Source of the DNA: Peribolospora baueri
Lineage: Eukaryota
NCBI GenBank assembly: GCA_029717555.1
Contig: JAMDHS010000004.1
Location: 372,001-436,000, forward strand
DNA length: 64,000 nt
Direction: 5' to 3'
The notes below the pieces were generated by a model that did no database searches, was not told the origin of the DNA, and saw only the letters and a program-made list of their open reading frames with translations. Numbering within the stretch: position 1 is the stretch's first letter; each line of letters begins with the position of its first letter. Positions 1 through 13,495 of the stretch are shown in pieces. Made by a program: the position numbers and the translations under genes.

Positions 1-99
1 GCGGCGTGCACCCGCGAGCGCGTTAGAACAGGAAGAAACAAAAAAAGGGCAGGAAGAGTAAGCTTCGGCAAGGAGAGAGGAAACGATGTGCCGTTCCGC

Positions 100-2499
100 T
101 CACCAGAACTGTGAATTCTTCAACTGGAACCACCCTCCGTTCTCGCAAAGGTCGCACCACCCCTCGCGAGCATTGCTCGTATACCTCACCCACAGCGGGG
201 TATAGAGATCTCCGTCGAAGCGCACCTTGTCCGTCTGCTGGCGGGGAACGGCATCGGGATCGGTCGTCTCAAAATCACTCGCCGGAGGCGTGCTGGCGTT
301 GTGCGAACGGTGTACCTCGGCGGTGTACCGAAAGGCAGGGTTGATCTCGTAGCGCTTCCCACCGCCCGCGGTCGCGGCCAAGCCGGCACCCTTGCCGCCC
401 ATTTCTCCGGAGGGCAAGCTCGAGTACCCTCCGTACTGATGCATCCCCTGCGTGCCCGGCGTGTAGTGAGAGGCGTAAGCGCTGGAGGAGGGGAAAGACG
501 ACGACGGCTGAGAGATGGCAGGACTGGCGGAGAACACGGCCGTCGAAGACGAACCCTGCGGGCTGGTGCTCCAGCTCTGGCCGGGACCGGGTGAGGGAGT
601 GTGTGTGCTCGGACCGGCGGCCAGATACGCGCCGCCAGAGTGGAACGTGGACGAGCCTGGCTGCGAGGGGAAATAGCTGGCCTGCGAGGTCGAATATCCT
701 GATCCGGAAGTCCACGACGGCTGAGAGCGTTGAGAGGGGTATGAAGAGTAGCTAGCGCTGGCGAAGGAAGACGGCTGGGTGGGCGACGCATACGATGTGG
801 ACGCCAAGTCGACTCCACCACCTCCGCTGCTCGTAGAGGCGTAGCTCGACTGGGCGGAGGATGTCATCGCCGGCGGAGTGGGCAAGTGCCCTCCGCTGTA
901 CCAGTTGGAATAAGAGGTCAGGCTCGCCCCTCCGGTTGGAGCGCTCATCTCGTGAACGCCTGCGCCGGGGCCTAGATCTTGCGACGAGCCGTCGTCGGGC
1001 CCGTAGGGGTCCGTATAGGAGCGTTTGCGAGCCGACGGCATTGTCATGAGCGGACCTGGTGGACCGTAGGTGGTGGAGGGCGACGCGGGATGGACGGTGG
1101 GCACAGAGGACGACGATGTGGGCGACTGACTCACGGCGGCGCGGAACGAAGGCGGCGGGAAGACGGACGGCTTGGTCAGGCGTGCTTGGACGGGCGACAG
1201 GGAAGAAGTGTATACCGCAGAACGGGTCTGATCGGCGACGGTGACGGGCACGGCGCGAGTCGGCGCCCTCCGCGTCTCGTTATAGATCGTGTCGAGCGCA
1301 CGATGGTAGCCTGTGGGACTGGAATAAGAAGAGGGCGAGGCAGGTGGTGGTCGTCGCAGATTCGTGTCGCCCCAGCTGCCCTGATATGGATCCGATCCGG
1401 CCGAGGCATGTGGGGCGGCGGCGGTGGCCTGGGGTGGGCTCTGGACCGCGGAGGAGGGCAAAGCGGCAGTCGGGTCGCTAGCGGGGCGCGACGGAGCTGA
1501 AAGTCCGAGGCTGGCGTAGCTGTCTTGTTTGAGCTGCGCAGGGCCTTGTCGCACGTCGGGAAGGGGATAGTTTATGCCGGACGAGGAGACGCCCGGCAGC
1601 GGGTTGGCATGACTGGACGAGCAGACATCGGCATAGTGAGCGCTCAGGTGCTGCCCTACGGCGCTGAAAGGATTGGTGTAAGAGGGAGCAGCGCACCCGC
1701 TTGGGTTCTGCCACGACGCCGCTGGCGCGGCGTCGACGGAAAACCTGGAGGACGACGAAGGCGAGTCCGCGGCGATCGTCCAGGCCGGTTGGCTTGTGTC
1801 GGTTGAAAGGGGCAGACCGCTATTTGTGCTCATCGTGACCGAAGGGTCGACGTGCGGGCCAAGCGATGACTCGATGCCGGCCAAGGACGTGTTCGAGCCG
1901 GTGTGATGGGAGCGTCCGAGGACGGATACGCCTTCGACCGGCGGTGGGTCTTGGTAAGTAGAGGACGACTTGTCGAACGACGGGGCTCTCGTCGTCCTGG
2001 GCACGGAGCTCCACGCCGAGTCGTCGACGGTGGAGGCTCTATTCCAAACGGCGCCCGGGAGTGAGGAGGGGGAGGAGGGGGAAGAGGAGGAAGAGATGGA
2101 AGAGATGGAAGCGTTATTCTCGTCCCAGTGGGTGCCTGCTTGCTCGACAAGTCTGGCGAAACGCGAGGTGCCGGTCATAGACGAGTCGCCGGAACGCGAG
2201 GCGTCGTTGAAGACGAAAGGATGGAGCGCCTGTGCGGTCGTAGAGCGGATGCACTCGAAGTAGGTGTCAAGTTTAGTCTGAGTGTCCGAGGACGAAGACG
2301 AGGAAGAAGGAGCCGACACGCTGTCGCTCGAGGCGACGGAGGACGCCAGAGGGACGAGCGTGTTCGCTGGCGGGTGTTCGCTGGCGGTGATAGAAACGGC
2401 TGGAGAAGAGGTGTGTTCGATTGCAGATGAGGAGAGGACGTCACGCGCGGTGTGGTTGTGATGGTGGTGGTCGTGGCCGTGCGGGTCGTTCAAGTCCAT
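100..2499 (-). CDS. Rua1_C (DUF4451)-domain putative transcription regulator; 3' end lies outside the window
   Basis: Long Ser/Pro-rich low-complexity ORF ending in FDGDLYTPLWVRYTSNAREGWCDLCENGGWFQLKNSQFW, which matches the Rua1_C motif (DLYTP.WVR...REGWC..C...W..LKNS.FW). A GTGAG donor follows at ~103. First ATG at 2499; a CTAAC branch site (~2585) and AG (~2541) suggest an upstream exon. Confidence 0.8.
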   Translation of the reverse strand: MDLNDPHGHDHHHHNHTARDVLSSSAIEHTSSPAVSITASEHPPANTLVPLASSVASSDSVSAPSSSSSSSDTQTKLDTYFECIRSTTAQALHPFVFNDASRSGDSSMTGTSRFARLVEQAGTHWDENNASISSISSSSSPSSPSSLPGAVWNRASTVDDSAWSSVPRTTRAPSFDKSSSTYQDPPPVEGVSVLGRSHHTGSNTSLAGIESSLGPHVDPSVTMSTNSGLPLSTDTSQPAWTIAADSPSSSSRFSVDAAPAASWQNPSGCAAPSYTNPFSAVGQHLSAHYADVCSSSHANPLPGVSSSGINYPLPDVRQGPAQLKQDSYASLGLSAPSRPASDPTAALPSSAVQSPPQATAAAPHASAGSDPYQGSWGDTNLRRPPPASPSSYSSPTGYHRALDTIYNETRRAPTRAVPVTVADQTRSAVYTSSLSPVQARLTKPSVFPPPSFRAAVSQSPTSSSSVPTVHPASPSTTYGPPGPLMTMPSARKRSYTDPYGPDDGSSQDLGPGAGVHEMSAPTGGASLTSYSNWYSGGHLPTPPAMTSSAQSSYASTSSGGGGVDLASTSYASPTQPSSFASASYSSYPSQRSQPSWTSGSGYSTSQASYFPSQPGSSTFHSGGAYLAAGPSTHTPSPGPGQSWSTSPQGSSSTAVFSASPAISQPSSSFPSSSAYASHYTPGTQGMHQYGGYSSLPSGEMGGKGAGLAATAGGGKRYEINPAFRYTAEVHRSHNASTPPASDFETTDPDAVPRQQTDKVRFDGDLYTPLWVRYTSNAREGWCDLCENGGWFQLKNSQFW

Positions 2500-4183
2500 G
2501 TGCGAAACCTCCGGTGAGGAGCGTCGTCCCAAGGCTTCGCCTTGGGAGCGGCGAGGTGACGAAGCCGTAGACGTCGAGGTCAGTTAGGGGGCACAAGAGG
2601 AATGAATCTCACAGCCCAGCGAGGTGGACAGCGCGGGCAGGGGCGCGGGGGAAGATGAGGGGGCGGGGAACGACAAAGACGACAAGTCGCAAGGGAGCCT
2701 CCGAGACGGTCGTTGGTTCGCAGCAAACGCGGAATCTGTGGGTAGACGAGGGCGCTAAGAGAGGGGATCAGGGGGTGAGAGAGGCGAGGATGGAAGTAGG
2801 TATGAAGAGGAGGGAGGACGCAGGAGAGGAAAGGGCGAGAGGGCGAGAAAGCATGCCGAGAGGTCAGCTTGGATGTAAATGTAGGCGCGTAAAATGAGCA
2901 GAGGTGGAGAGCCGAGCGGGCGGGGCAGGACCAAACAACAAGAAGAGGAAGGTAGAAGAGAGAAGGGAGGGAGGAGGCGAGAAAACAGTGAACGGACAAG
3001 CCGAGGGATGGGGAAAAGAAAGAACACGTCGAAGCTCGTGCGCAAGCGAAGGCCATCGCGGAGCCAGCCAGGCAGCCAGCAGCTCGCTGCCAAGCCGGCC
3101 AAAGGGAAGGAGGGGGACCCAAGCTGGCTGGCAGCTGACCAAGGGCGGGAGGACAAGACGAGGCGATGCCTCATTCGATCGCCGGAGGTATTCGTCGCTA
3201 GCGACGTACGCCTCGCGCGTGGTCCTCGTCCAGGCTGAGGGACGCCGGCGAGCGAGGGAGGAGCAGGAGACTGAGTCACCCCCACATTGGAGCGAGGAGG
3301 AGGAACGGAAGAAAGGACGGAGGGAAGGAGGGCGGACGCCGGAGAGATAAGGAAAAGAAGAAAGAAGGAGACAGGACAAGCAAACAAGCGGCGAACGTGG
3401 AAAGAGAGCGCGCGAATGAGCGAGAGACCACCGTCGGTCGGTCTCGTCGACGACGCGACCTGCGAAAGTCCAGTATTGTATCTAGATCCGGCGACGCATT
3501 CCCAAGGCAGAACGAAGTGAACGCCCCTGCCCGTGATCCGCCGGTCGATGCGACGCGACCATTCGCGGGGGTCCATCCATGCACTCCTTCCTTCCCCATC
3601 CCATCTGGAGGCGGAGACGGCGGCGGAAGGAAACGAGGAAAAGAAGCCGCGAAAAGGGCCCGGAACGGTCCGAAAATGATGGAAGCGGACGGACGCACCG
3701 ACGAGCGTGCCCTCGCGATCAGGCACCGCTCGGCCCGCACGCCGCGGGGAGGTGGGGGGCTCACCTGGAGAGGGAAAGGGAGCGGAAAGAGGGGAAAGAA
3801 AGGGGCGCCGTGGTTCGTTCGTACGTTCGTTCCTTTTTCTTCCTTTCTTCCTTCCTTCCTTCTTCCTTCCAGCCTGCCTGATTTCTTCCTTCCTTGTTTC
3901 TAATCCTCTTTCCGATCTGTGCACGGGGTCGCCGACGAACGCCGAGGCGGTCGTTCAGGGCCTATTGTTGAGCGGTATCGTATCCGGGCGGGCGGGACGG
4001 AACGGGGGCCTGCGAAGGAGGGGGCGGGGCGGGATGGAGTGGGGAATGGATGAGCGATCGAGGGAGGGATGGAGGGCGGGAAGGGAAGAGGGGGAGGGAA
4101 GGGAGTGTATTATATGCGCCGGGAGTAGAGCGAGCGATGAGCGAAGCGATCAAAGGGCCCGACCGACGGTGGGGTTTGTGAGC

Positions 4184-4640
4184 GTGTGCGTGTGCGTGTG
4201 CGTGTGAATCGTGGGCGCGTGCGTGCGAGCGAGCGTGCGTTTGCGTTTGTGTGCGGTTGGACGTGCAGCAAAGACGCGGGGGACGTTTGGTGGGGAGACG
4301 AGGGAAGCGAGGCGGGCGAGGCGAAGCTTGGCGACTGATGCTCTCTCTCTGCGTGGCTCGCGGCGGGCGCGCGCTGCGTTCCCGAAAGTCGGGTCGGCCG
4401 GTCTCGGTCTCGGTCACCTGGTCGCGCAGCGGGCGGTATCCGTCGGGACCGAGCATCGACGGTGGGGCAGGCGACGGCGGGCGGGGGAAGGGGACGAGGG
4501 CGAGGGCGAGGAAGGGGAAGGTGCCTTGGCCAAGAGACGAGGCGAGAGCCAAATATGTAGACTGACTGACGGACTGACTGACTAGCAGACGGACACACCG
4601 GGCCATCCTTCCCGCATCCCCATCCCCATCCCCATCTCCA
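4184..4640. repeat. Microsatellites (GTGTGC)n at ~4184-4206, (ACTG)n at ~4561-4582, (CCCCAT)n at ~4612-4640
   Basis: Short tandem repeats read directly from the sequence in the non-coding region. Confidence 0.85.
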
Positions 4641-5283
4641 TCTCTCCTTCTCTCTCTGTGTGTGTGTACCTCAACGGACGGACTGGGCGGCTGCACCTGC
4701 GTCTGCATCTTCGTCTGCGTGTCTCTATCTGTGTCTTTCATCTCGTCGCGTCTCGTCCATGTGCGGAGTCGACGTCCGCTCCTCAACGCATCTCCATCTC
4801 CGTACGCACACTCGGCCGGAGGAAACTAAAAATTAGGCGGGCGGGGCGAGCAAGGCGGGCGTGGGATGAGCAGAGCACTGCGATGCCATGCGAGTAAGTC
4901 AAGTCAAATCAAGTCTAAAATCAAGTCAGCCTGCGGCGGGTTCTGTGCGCTGCACGCGTAGCCGAGGACGGAAAAAGGTCGCGCGACGGACGGGCGGAAG
5001 GGAGGGAGGGACGGTGTACGAAGTCGCTTCGGCCGATTTTGGCGGGCCGGGTACGGCCCCGACGGGGGACGCAAGAGGTTGATGATGATGAATGAGATGA
5101 GGAGAGGGCGAGGATCATCAAGATGAAGGTGGGAGGATGACGGACGGAGCGCCTGGACGCGACCGCAACCGCAATGTTATTAGGGCCGGGTGGGTGGGTC
5201 GAGTAAGGAAGAAGGCTTATTAGAGCGAGGAAGCTCGCTCTCGATGCACGCAACACGTGTACGTGCGAGCCGTCGTCGTCGAA

Positions 5284-8200
5284 CGTTCGTTCGTTCGTTC
5301 GTTCGTTCGCGGGCGTCCCCTTGAGCGTGGGCGGACCCGTCGGACGACGTCGGCGTCGGCGTCGGCGTCGCTCCGCCCCCGAGCCCCGTCCCTCCGTCCA
5401 TCCATCTTTGTTCTTACGCCCCTGACGCCCTTCGCTCGCTCGCTTCTTTTCCTGCTTCTATGCTGGGCGCACATGTCCATCGCCATGCATGTATGCGTGT
5501 ATGCATGCATGCTTGCCTGCCGATCTAATCTAGCCATCGAGTGCCCGCGTGGGTGTGGTCGCGATCGTGGTCGCGAGCAGACCCCCCGTGCAGTTCATGT
5601 AAGTTGCTCATCAATGGCGAGCCGTGCCGTAAGTTTGGACGGGCTGTCTTTCTTTCTTTCTCTCTCCGCGCCGACCAGTCGCAGTTGTAGTTGCAGTCGC
5701 AATTGCAATTGCAGTTGCATCGCAGTCGCAGTCCTGTGCATACTCTGACGCGCATAGCATGCATAGACCAAAGCGACGTAGTAGTTTGCGCGGAGCAGTG
5801 TCGCCTTTCAGTGTCCGTAACCGCGTCGGTCTGGACTGGTTTCGTCTTTGCTCACTTTGCTCGCTCTTCTCCTCGCTTCGCCTCGCTTCGCCGGCGCTGG
5901 AGCGAGACGGGCAGACACGATCTGCCGCCGTCCGTCCGGTCCGTCCCGACGGAGTGGGACGGACGGACGGTGAGGCAAGGAGGCAGGATAGGGCGCAGGG
6001 CGGGTGGGAGACGAAGGAGCACATGTCCGTACGCCGCCGTCGATCGATCCATCATCGATCGAGTCGAGTCACATGCATGGAATAGAATGGAGAGGCGACG
6101 GAATGAAAGAATGAATGAACAGGCGCGTACGAAACGAAAGAGATAGATAGATGTGTATACGCTACACAGTACATGATACACGCACGCGCGTACACCCTCG
6201 TCAGCGAGCGAAGCAAGAAACGAAACGAAACAACATGCATTAAGCGAAGCGAGAAAAGAAGGCGCGAACGCCCCGTTGCCAACTCGCCAAGCGCGCCACA
6301 CTACTTACGTCACTCGCCGCCCACCACCAAGCCGAGTCGCGGCGGCGAGTTTGGAAATGGGTGTGTGTGGTACATGGTACATGGATACATGATACATGTA
6401 TATGTACATGGGCGCAAAGAAGGGGGACGAGCGGGTCCCTCGTGTTCAGCGTATGCAGCCAGCCAGCCAGCCAGCAGCTAGGAGCCGATTGGACATTCTC
6501 ACTGTCTGTCTCTCTCTCTCAGTCCGTCCGTGGACCGTGCCACGTGCAATGACTGTAATGAACCTGCTTCCAAGACGGATGGATTCGATTCGATTCGGGG
6601 TGACGAGACCCGAGAAGCCCTTTAGCAAGCTAGCTCGCTGGCTGCGATGCGCTTCCCGAACGACAGGGTGGACGGGAGAGAGGACACCCACGACTGACCG
6701 GCCATTTGGCGCGCAACCGCCCCGCACTCGTCTCGTGTGTGTCTGTGTCTGTCCGTCTGCTGCTGCTGTCCTCCCGCAAGCGCCCGCCGACGCCCGTTTC
6801 GCTTGGACTGGACGACGACCTTCTTTTCCTGCCCCGTTCTTCTACGCCCACGCCCGACAGTGACCTGCTAGTGATAGGGATAGGGGCTCCTGCATGGACC
6901 TCCTCAGTCACCCCGAGTTACTCGTCGTCTCCGTCTCCGTCCATCCCTCCATCGTCCAATGCCCAGCCGGGCCAAGCAAACGATACCACCCACGCCCTCG
7001 ACCGACCGCCATGGCAAGGCCCGCCCGGCCCTGGCTGGCATGCGCAAGCCCGCGCAGACGCCCGTTTCCATCTTCGTCACATCCTCACACCTCCCCTCCC
7101 TTCTCCTGCGTCACCTCCTGGCCGTACCGCACCGTACCGTACCCGTACCGGTCGTACGGTAACTCGTGTACATATTCTAGCGCTCTTCTTCTCTCCTTCT
7201 GTTCCTTCGTCGAAAAGCGTGCCTTCGCCCGTCCTTTCTTCCTTCCTTGCGTGCTGCAACGCCCGTCGACGGCGCCTCCTCTTTCGTTCGTTGCCCTCGT
7301 CTCCCGTCTTCGTCCACATGGTCGGCAGAAGCGAAGAGAGGATCGTCGGACGTGCGTACCACGGAGATGGATCGTCATTATGAGCATGGGAACGGACATG
7401 GGCATGGCTGTCACGGACTGCGCTCGGGTCCAGTTTCGTGTGGGCGGCCACCCAAAGTCGCACACCCCTTCTCTCCCGGGCACATCGAACGAACGTACCG
7501 CCCACCCAGGTTCTTGCCTTTGCCCGTCCCCGTCCCCGTCTACTGCCCCGCATCCACGCACCTTGGGCGCAACTTCGCGTCGCATGCCGAGCCGACGTCG
7601 TCCGTGCCCACCCACCTAGCTGGGAAGGCGCCCAAGGTTGGAGGTCCGCGTCGTCGAGCCCAGGAAAGGGAGGGTCGAAGGAGCGAATGAAGGCAGGAAA
7701 TCAGGCCAGTGCGGCCCGCCTCCGTTTCCCGTCGGTCACTGGCCTGTCTGGGCGAGCCGTCCGACCGGGCCTCGATATCGGTTCTTCCTCCATCCGTCGA
7801 TCATCGTCTCCATTTCGATCTCCTCGCCCGTTCCACTCGCACATCCCACACCGGCCCTTCGCGACTCGGAGCGACTCGGAGGAAGAATGGACGAACGCGG
7901 TCGCGCGGCCCCCTCCCCGCCGCGTTTCACTCCCGCTCTTTCGCCATCCGACGCGTCATTTCCTCGCTTGCCGATGTCGCCGTGCACAGACGCACACTTT
8001 TTTTTTTTTTTTTTCCTCATCGCTTCATCCCTCTTCCCCTCGTCCCCTGCACCCGCTGTCGCTCTTCATCTCCGCCCCGGGCCCCGCTCGCTCGCCGCTC
8101 TCCTCCGTCTCCCTTTACCCGCCCGTCCCACCTTTACGCGCCCGTCCGCCAGTATGAGGACACAGAAGAAAGGAAGAAAAAAAAAAAGACAAAGAGAGGG

Positions 8201-8797
8201 CGCGGCGTCGGCGTCGGTCGGAAAAACAGAAACGAGGGCTCCTTTCTGCGCACGTCCACATGTTTTTAACGTACGAGTTCGGCATTTGCTTTTTTGCTTC
8301 CGGGTGAGACGCCATTTCGGATTGGGATTCAATTGGATCCGACTCGGCTACCGAGCGCGCAAGACAAAGGACCCGTGTGTGGAAGCGTGTGTCTGTCTTC
8401 TGTCTGTCTGTTTTGACAGAGGCGAGCGGAGGGTTGCAATTGCTCCCAGACACTTGCTGCGTCATGTCATGGAGATATGGCACGCGGAACAATGGGATTG
8501 TGTCGGGAACGAGGTTATACCAGACCCCCCTGCCCTCGCCGTCGTTTTTTGACGGCGAAGACAACGACGGACGACGCGGTCCGCTCCGTCGGTCCTCTCA
8601 TCCTTCCTTGAACCGACGTCCCCACGGTCCTCTCTCCTCCCTCTCCTCCCTCCCTTCTGTTTTCCCGCCTCGGCCTTCGACCGCAAGTGGTGGCTTGCGG
8701 AAACGTGTGCTCGGAGTCGACCACATGGACGGCAGACGGTCCCACATCGTGGCTCGGCTTGGGTCGGCCTGGCTCGGCTTGGCTTGGCTTGGCTTGG
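5284..8797. repeat. Scattered microsatellites: (CGTT)n ~5284-5309, (GTCGGC)n ~5345-5370, (GCARTT/GCAGTC)n ~5680-5732, T16 ~7997-8014, (GGCTT)n ~8756-8797
   Basis: Simple repeats read directly from the sequence. Confidence 0.8.
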
Positions 8798-10872
8798 CAT
8801 TCCCAATGCCCCAGTCCATGTTCCAACCCCCCATTTGGCTGCTTCGTTACGTGCAGCCGTGTAGCGTAAGTGACGTGCTGCTGGCCGTCTCCCAGATGAC
8901 AGATGACATCGCACCCTCCCGCGTCGCCCAAAGGCCGACCTGGCCTGGGCGCTGTCCCATGTCATGATGACATGTCACCTCGTGTTGTGTCGTGTCATTG
9001 CGTGTCGTGTCGTGTTGGATGCGTTTGCAGCCGGCATCTCGCCCGCGGGAAGCGGCCTGCTTCGCTGGCCTGCAATTTTTATGTTTATCTTTATTTCTTC
9101 GTTTTTTTTTGCTCGCCTTTCGCTCGGCAGTACGGTTATGGTGGCGGTGGCGGCGACCGTGGGATGCGGGCGACGACGGGCTCGAAGCACAACTGTAACC
9201 GCAACCGTGCGCGAGGGCCCGGAACGGAGGAGACAGACGAGGCGAGGCGGCCAGGCGCTTAAGACGTTTCGAACCACCTTGGCAACCTGGGATTGGGACG
9301 AGTTTAACTTTGCCCATTCGCACCCGCATATCCAGCTGCTATCCTTATCTCTCTCCAGCCTCGCCTTGGCTCTCGTCTTCCTCTCGTCCCCGGCGGACAC
9401 GACGCGACACTCGACGCAACAACTCCCACTGACCTGACCTCGCAGCCGACCCCCACGTTCCCATCTCGCTCGCTCTCCTTCACCGGCTTCCACCCGACCC
9501 CCGGTCGACCAGCCACGCGCGAGCCGTGCGTGCCGGCCGGCCAGGTAACCGACAAAATTAAAAGCCGCGGTCGACGAACCTCTGGTCGCGTCTAGACGAA
9601 CGACAAACGAACGACGAACGAACGAACAAACGTACCGATACCCACCGCGCCCCCTCCTTCGTTCATTCCCCTTGCAAGCCGGTGCAGACCAGCCCAGCTG
9701 GTCCATTCAGCACCATTCAGCCCGAACTGGCCTGGCCTGATATGACCTAACGAACCACCCCTCCACGTCCACCCGACGACGCCGAACGAGCCTGACCGAG
9801 GCCGAGGGGGCCATGTGATGTGAACAAAATGAAACGAGACGCGCCGCTCCCCTCCTCTCCCTTATCGCCGCCGCCGCCGCCGCCCCCCCTTGCCGACGTC
9901 CTCCATCGCCACGACGTTTGCGTTCGCACGCTCCATGTCCCCCGTCCGTCCCACGCATGTATGGAGAAGAAACGCGCGCCCGCCGTATGCGCACATACCG
10001 TAATGCACACGATGGATGCGCTCCCAGCCCACCACCCCCCGCGGGCCTGGCGCATTTCGCTCGACGATGTCGAGCGCCGACAATAACGACACGACATGAT
10101 ACGATACGATACGTCTCGGCTAGACTCAACTTGAATCGACTCGACTCGACACCACTCCATTTATCAGATAGGGCGTGCCGCCTTGACGGGGGGCGCGAGG
10201 CGCGTCGGGGAGCGAAAACGACGACGCGGGGCGGCGAGGTGACTCCGACGGCGTGAGCTCCCTCACATTTCTTTCTTTTATCACTCGGGACTTTGGGGGG
10301 GGGGCGGGGCGGAAGGGGAAACTTGGGAGGTGCTGTTTCGTTGGTCGAGCCCGCATGATCGCCACCCATCCATGTTCTCGCACGAATCGAATCGATCCGA
10401 TCGACCGATCAATCAAGCAAGGGGACAGCGAGCTGCAAGGTCGATTTTTCGCTAACCGCGACGGGGTGCCGGACGTCAGTCTGAGTGGGCGGCAGGGAGG
10501 GTGAGACGAAGATCGAATTGGAGCGAATCGAAGTCGAGGTTATATTCGGCAAGACGACCGACCGACCGACCGATCGACGGCGCGTGGGTCATACGAGCGG
10601 TCACCATCTCCGACTCCGACGCGTCAAGCACGGAGGCGTCTCGCGCCGTCTTCTCATATCGCTCCTCGTCGGCCCGGTGCGCCCGTCGACGTGAACCCTC
10701 CGGTCATCGTTTTCGGGCCATGAAACGAAGGCGGCAAAAAATGGTAGACAACAACAACAGCCTTGCAGGAGCGCTCGGCGTATCTTACACCGCCTCGACC
10801 TTGTTCGAATGGAAGAACGCTGGCAGCGGACGCCTGCGCCTCCCTCTGGAGCGGGACCGTTGGAGAGGATCG

Positions 10873-12882
10873 TCACCAGTTGCTCATGTCCAGTTCAAAG
10901 CCGAGCAAAAAGTGCTTTTGTAGGGCCATGACCTTGAGGGGCAGGGAAGGAGGCGGACAGCAAGGAGCAAGGAAGGGATCAGGAAAATGCTGGTCGTGTC
11001 TTCGCGCGCCCGTCTGGCACACGGTTGTGTGGGCCATCCTGTTATTTTCTTCCTTTGCTCACCTTGGCTACAAAGGCCTCGATGTGGAAGATCTTTTTGC
11101 TGCCAACCCGACAGCGAAGTTCCTGGTTTAACAAGACCGGCGAAATGAGGAACACGTTCGTTCGGCGACGAACATAACAGCCCGCGACACAACAGGGCGG
11201 TCGTAGAGCAGTGACTCACGTAGACGGCAGCCCAGTGTACGATGTCCGCTTTAATGCTCTCATCCACCCTCTCCACCAAACGCTCCGTGATGCTCTGCCC
11301 GACGAAGAAGAGCGCATAAGCCTCGGCGGAACAGCCACTGGGCTATGTTATGCGGCACTCTAAAACACTGCATGCCCGAACACGAATGCTTACCTTGATG
11401 ATCAAACTGGGCGGGATGCAATGAACGAGCAGCTCATAGATCTTGGCCCGGACGTCCAGCAATCGTTGCGGGCTCTGTTCCGCGAGGATCATCTCCGCCG
11501 TCTTGGAGCAATACACCTCCCAGTCGGGCTTTGCGATACTGACGTCCGACGAGAGCTTCGGGCTATACCGTGGCGAACAAGCGCACGAGTGAGCGGGAGC
11601 GATCGAGGACAGAGCCGCAGTGAGAAAATGAGGCGCCGTCGCCGGTGGCATAGGACAGATGCTACGCACCTTTGAGTCTTCAGCGCCTCCAGTACTAGCA
11701 CCGCTTTGCGCAGGTTGCCTCCGCTGTCCGCTATGATCTGTTGGGCGATGTCGTCCGGCAGATCGAACCGTTCCTTCTTCGCTACGTGACGGAGGACGGT
11801 GGTCATCTGGGATACGAGGAGCGTCGACGAGGAAGAGCAAAATGACGAGTTGAGAGAAACCGCGCATCGTTCAAAGCGTCCTTCTCCAACCTTCCTCGTG
11901 ATTAGCCTTTGGCTCACCTCCTCGGCATTCGGTGCGGCGACCCGTAGGAGCAAACATCGAGACCGAATGGGAGCGATGATCCGGCTCGTCGAGTTGGCCA
12001 CGAGGATGAGCCGAAGGTTGTTCGAGTACTTCTCCATCGTACGTCGCAACGCTGACTGCGCGTCGCGAGTGAGAAGGTCGGCTTCGTTGATGATCACGAC
12101 TGTCGTTCGACCGCAGAGGGGGAAAGACAAAGGAGAAGGGTGAGCCAGATGCCAAACAGCAAGCGTTCATGCGGAATAGCAAACGCACCTTTGAAGCGCT
12201 GCTTAGCGTTCAGATCCACCTGCTGTGTCTGTGCAATCTCTTTCAGCACGTCCTGGATGACCAGTCGGTCATAGTTCCCGGTATCGCTAACAAGCACGGC
12301 AGAAAAAAAAAGCAGGAAAGAATAGCGTCAATCCTCTGGGACTCGATATACTGGACGATGAAGAGAGGAGACAAGCGCTCCGGCCCCGTCCTGTTCACCT
12401 CGGCGTCAATTCAATGTGATAATTGCTGGACACAATGTTGACGTCAATTTTTCGCTTCGAGGGATTGAGAAAGACCCTCTGGTCGATTTTGATCTGCGAT
12501 AAACGAATGGCGACGATGCAGACATTCCCGACGATCAGCGCATTACCCTTTTCCTTTTCCCTGAGGACGACCTCTCGCGCACGTTGACCCCTCACCTTTT
12601 CCACTCCCGGCCCAAAGAGCTCCCTCAGCGTACCCATCACCCGTGTCTTCTTCCCGGCGCCTGAAGGGCCGTAAAAGAGTACATGTGGAAAGTCTTGTGA
12701 TGAGGCCTGGCCAGGAGCAACGACAGGCCGCAAGGGCGACGGGTTGGGTGAGCGGACTGCGAAGCAGTCAGAAGAAGAAGGACGGTTGAGCTCACCAGCG
12801 ACTTGATCCTGGTCGAGAGCTCGTGATGGTAGTGTAGGTCATCAAGCGACCGAGGGCGATATTTGTCCACCCAGAGCGACAT
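10873..12882 (-). CDS. RFC5: Replication factor C subunit 5 (yeast Rfc5 / human RFC3 orthologue), multi-exon
   Basis: Exons give [34 protein letters not shown] (degenerate Walker A typical of this subunit), [82 protein letters not shown] and last exon [23 protein letters not shown]. Introns are GT-AG. Confidence 0.96.
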
Positions 12883-13495
12883 GTTGCGCGACGAACAAAA
12901 AAAAAAGCAAGACGATGGAGATGAGAGCAGATGCGTCGTCCCTTTGGACGATCGCCACTTTACGCGACCGCGACCGCGTGACATAATAACCGCGTCCCAG
13001 CTGCGGCAACCCGGCATTCCGCTCGGCATCCGTTGTGCCGACCGGCCCGGCGGGTGCTTCGCCTGTTGACGTCCCGACTAGACGACGTCTGGCCGTGGCC
13101 ATGGAAGTCGACGTCCCTGCCGGGAGGTGGATGTGTCGAGATGGACGACAACCTGTAGAGTACAGATAGCCCAAGCTCAATGTACGATAGCCACGAGGAA
13201 GATGATCGGCCGTTCACCTCCGGCACGCCGTTTCGTTCGGCCGATCAGTCGTCCGACCCCGACATCGTCCGGCCTGGCGGGCCACAACGGGTCTCAGGAA
13301 CCCACCCGCTCGAGCAGCATCTCTGTCTCCCGCCATTTCCTTTTCGGCTGCTGTTCTCTGATCCTCCTCCACGGCTAACTGTGGCAAACCAGCTCGCACA
13401 AACAGTCGACTTTCCGCAGAGACGCCGATCGCAACGTAGCTCATCGCACGTACCTCTCCTCCATCGCACCGATCGCACGTACCTCTCCTCCCGCA

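Noticed and set aside
2580..10860. Numerous 100-390 aa ORFs in the long intergenic region
   Set aside because: They are Arg/Ser/Pro-rich translations of microsatellites and GC-rich DNA, overlap in all frames, mostly use non-ATG starts and show no domains.
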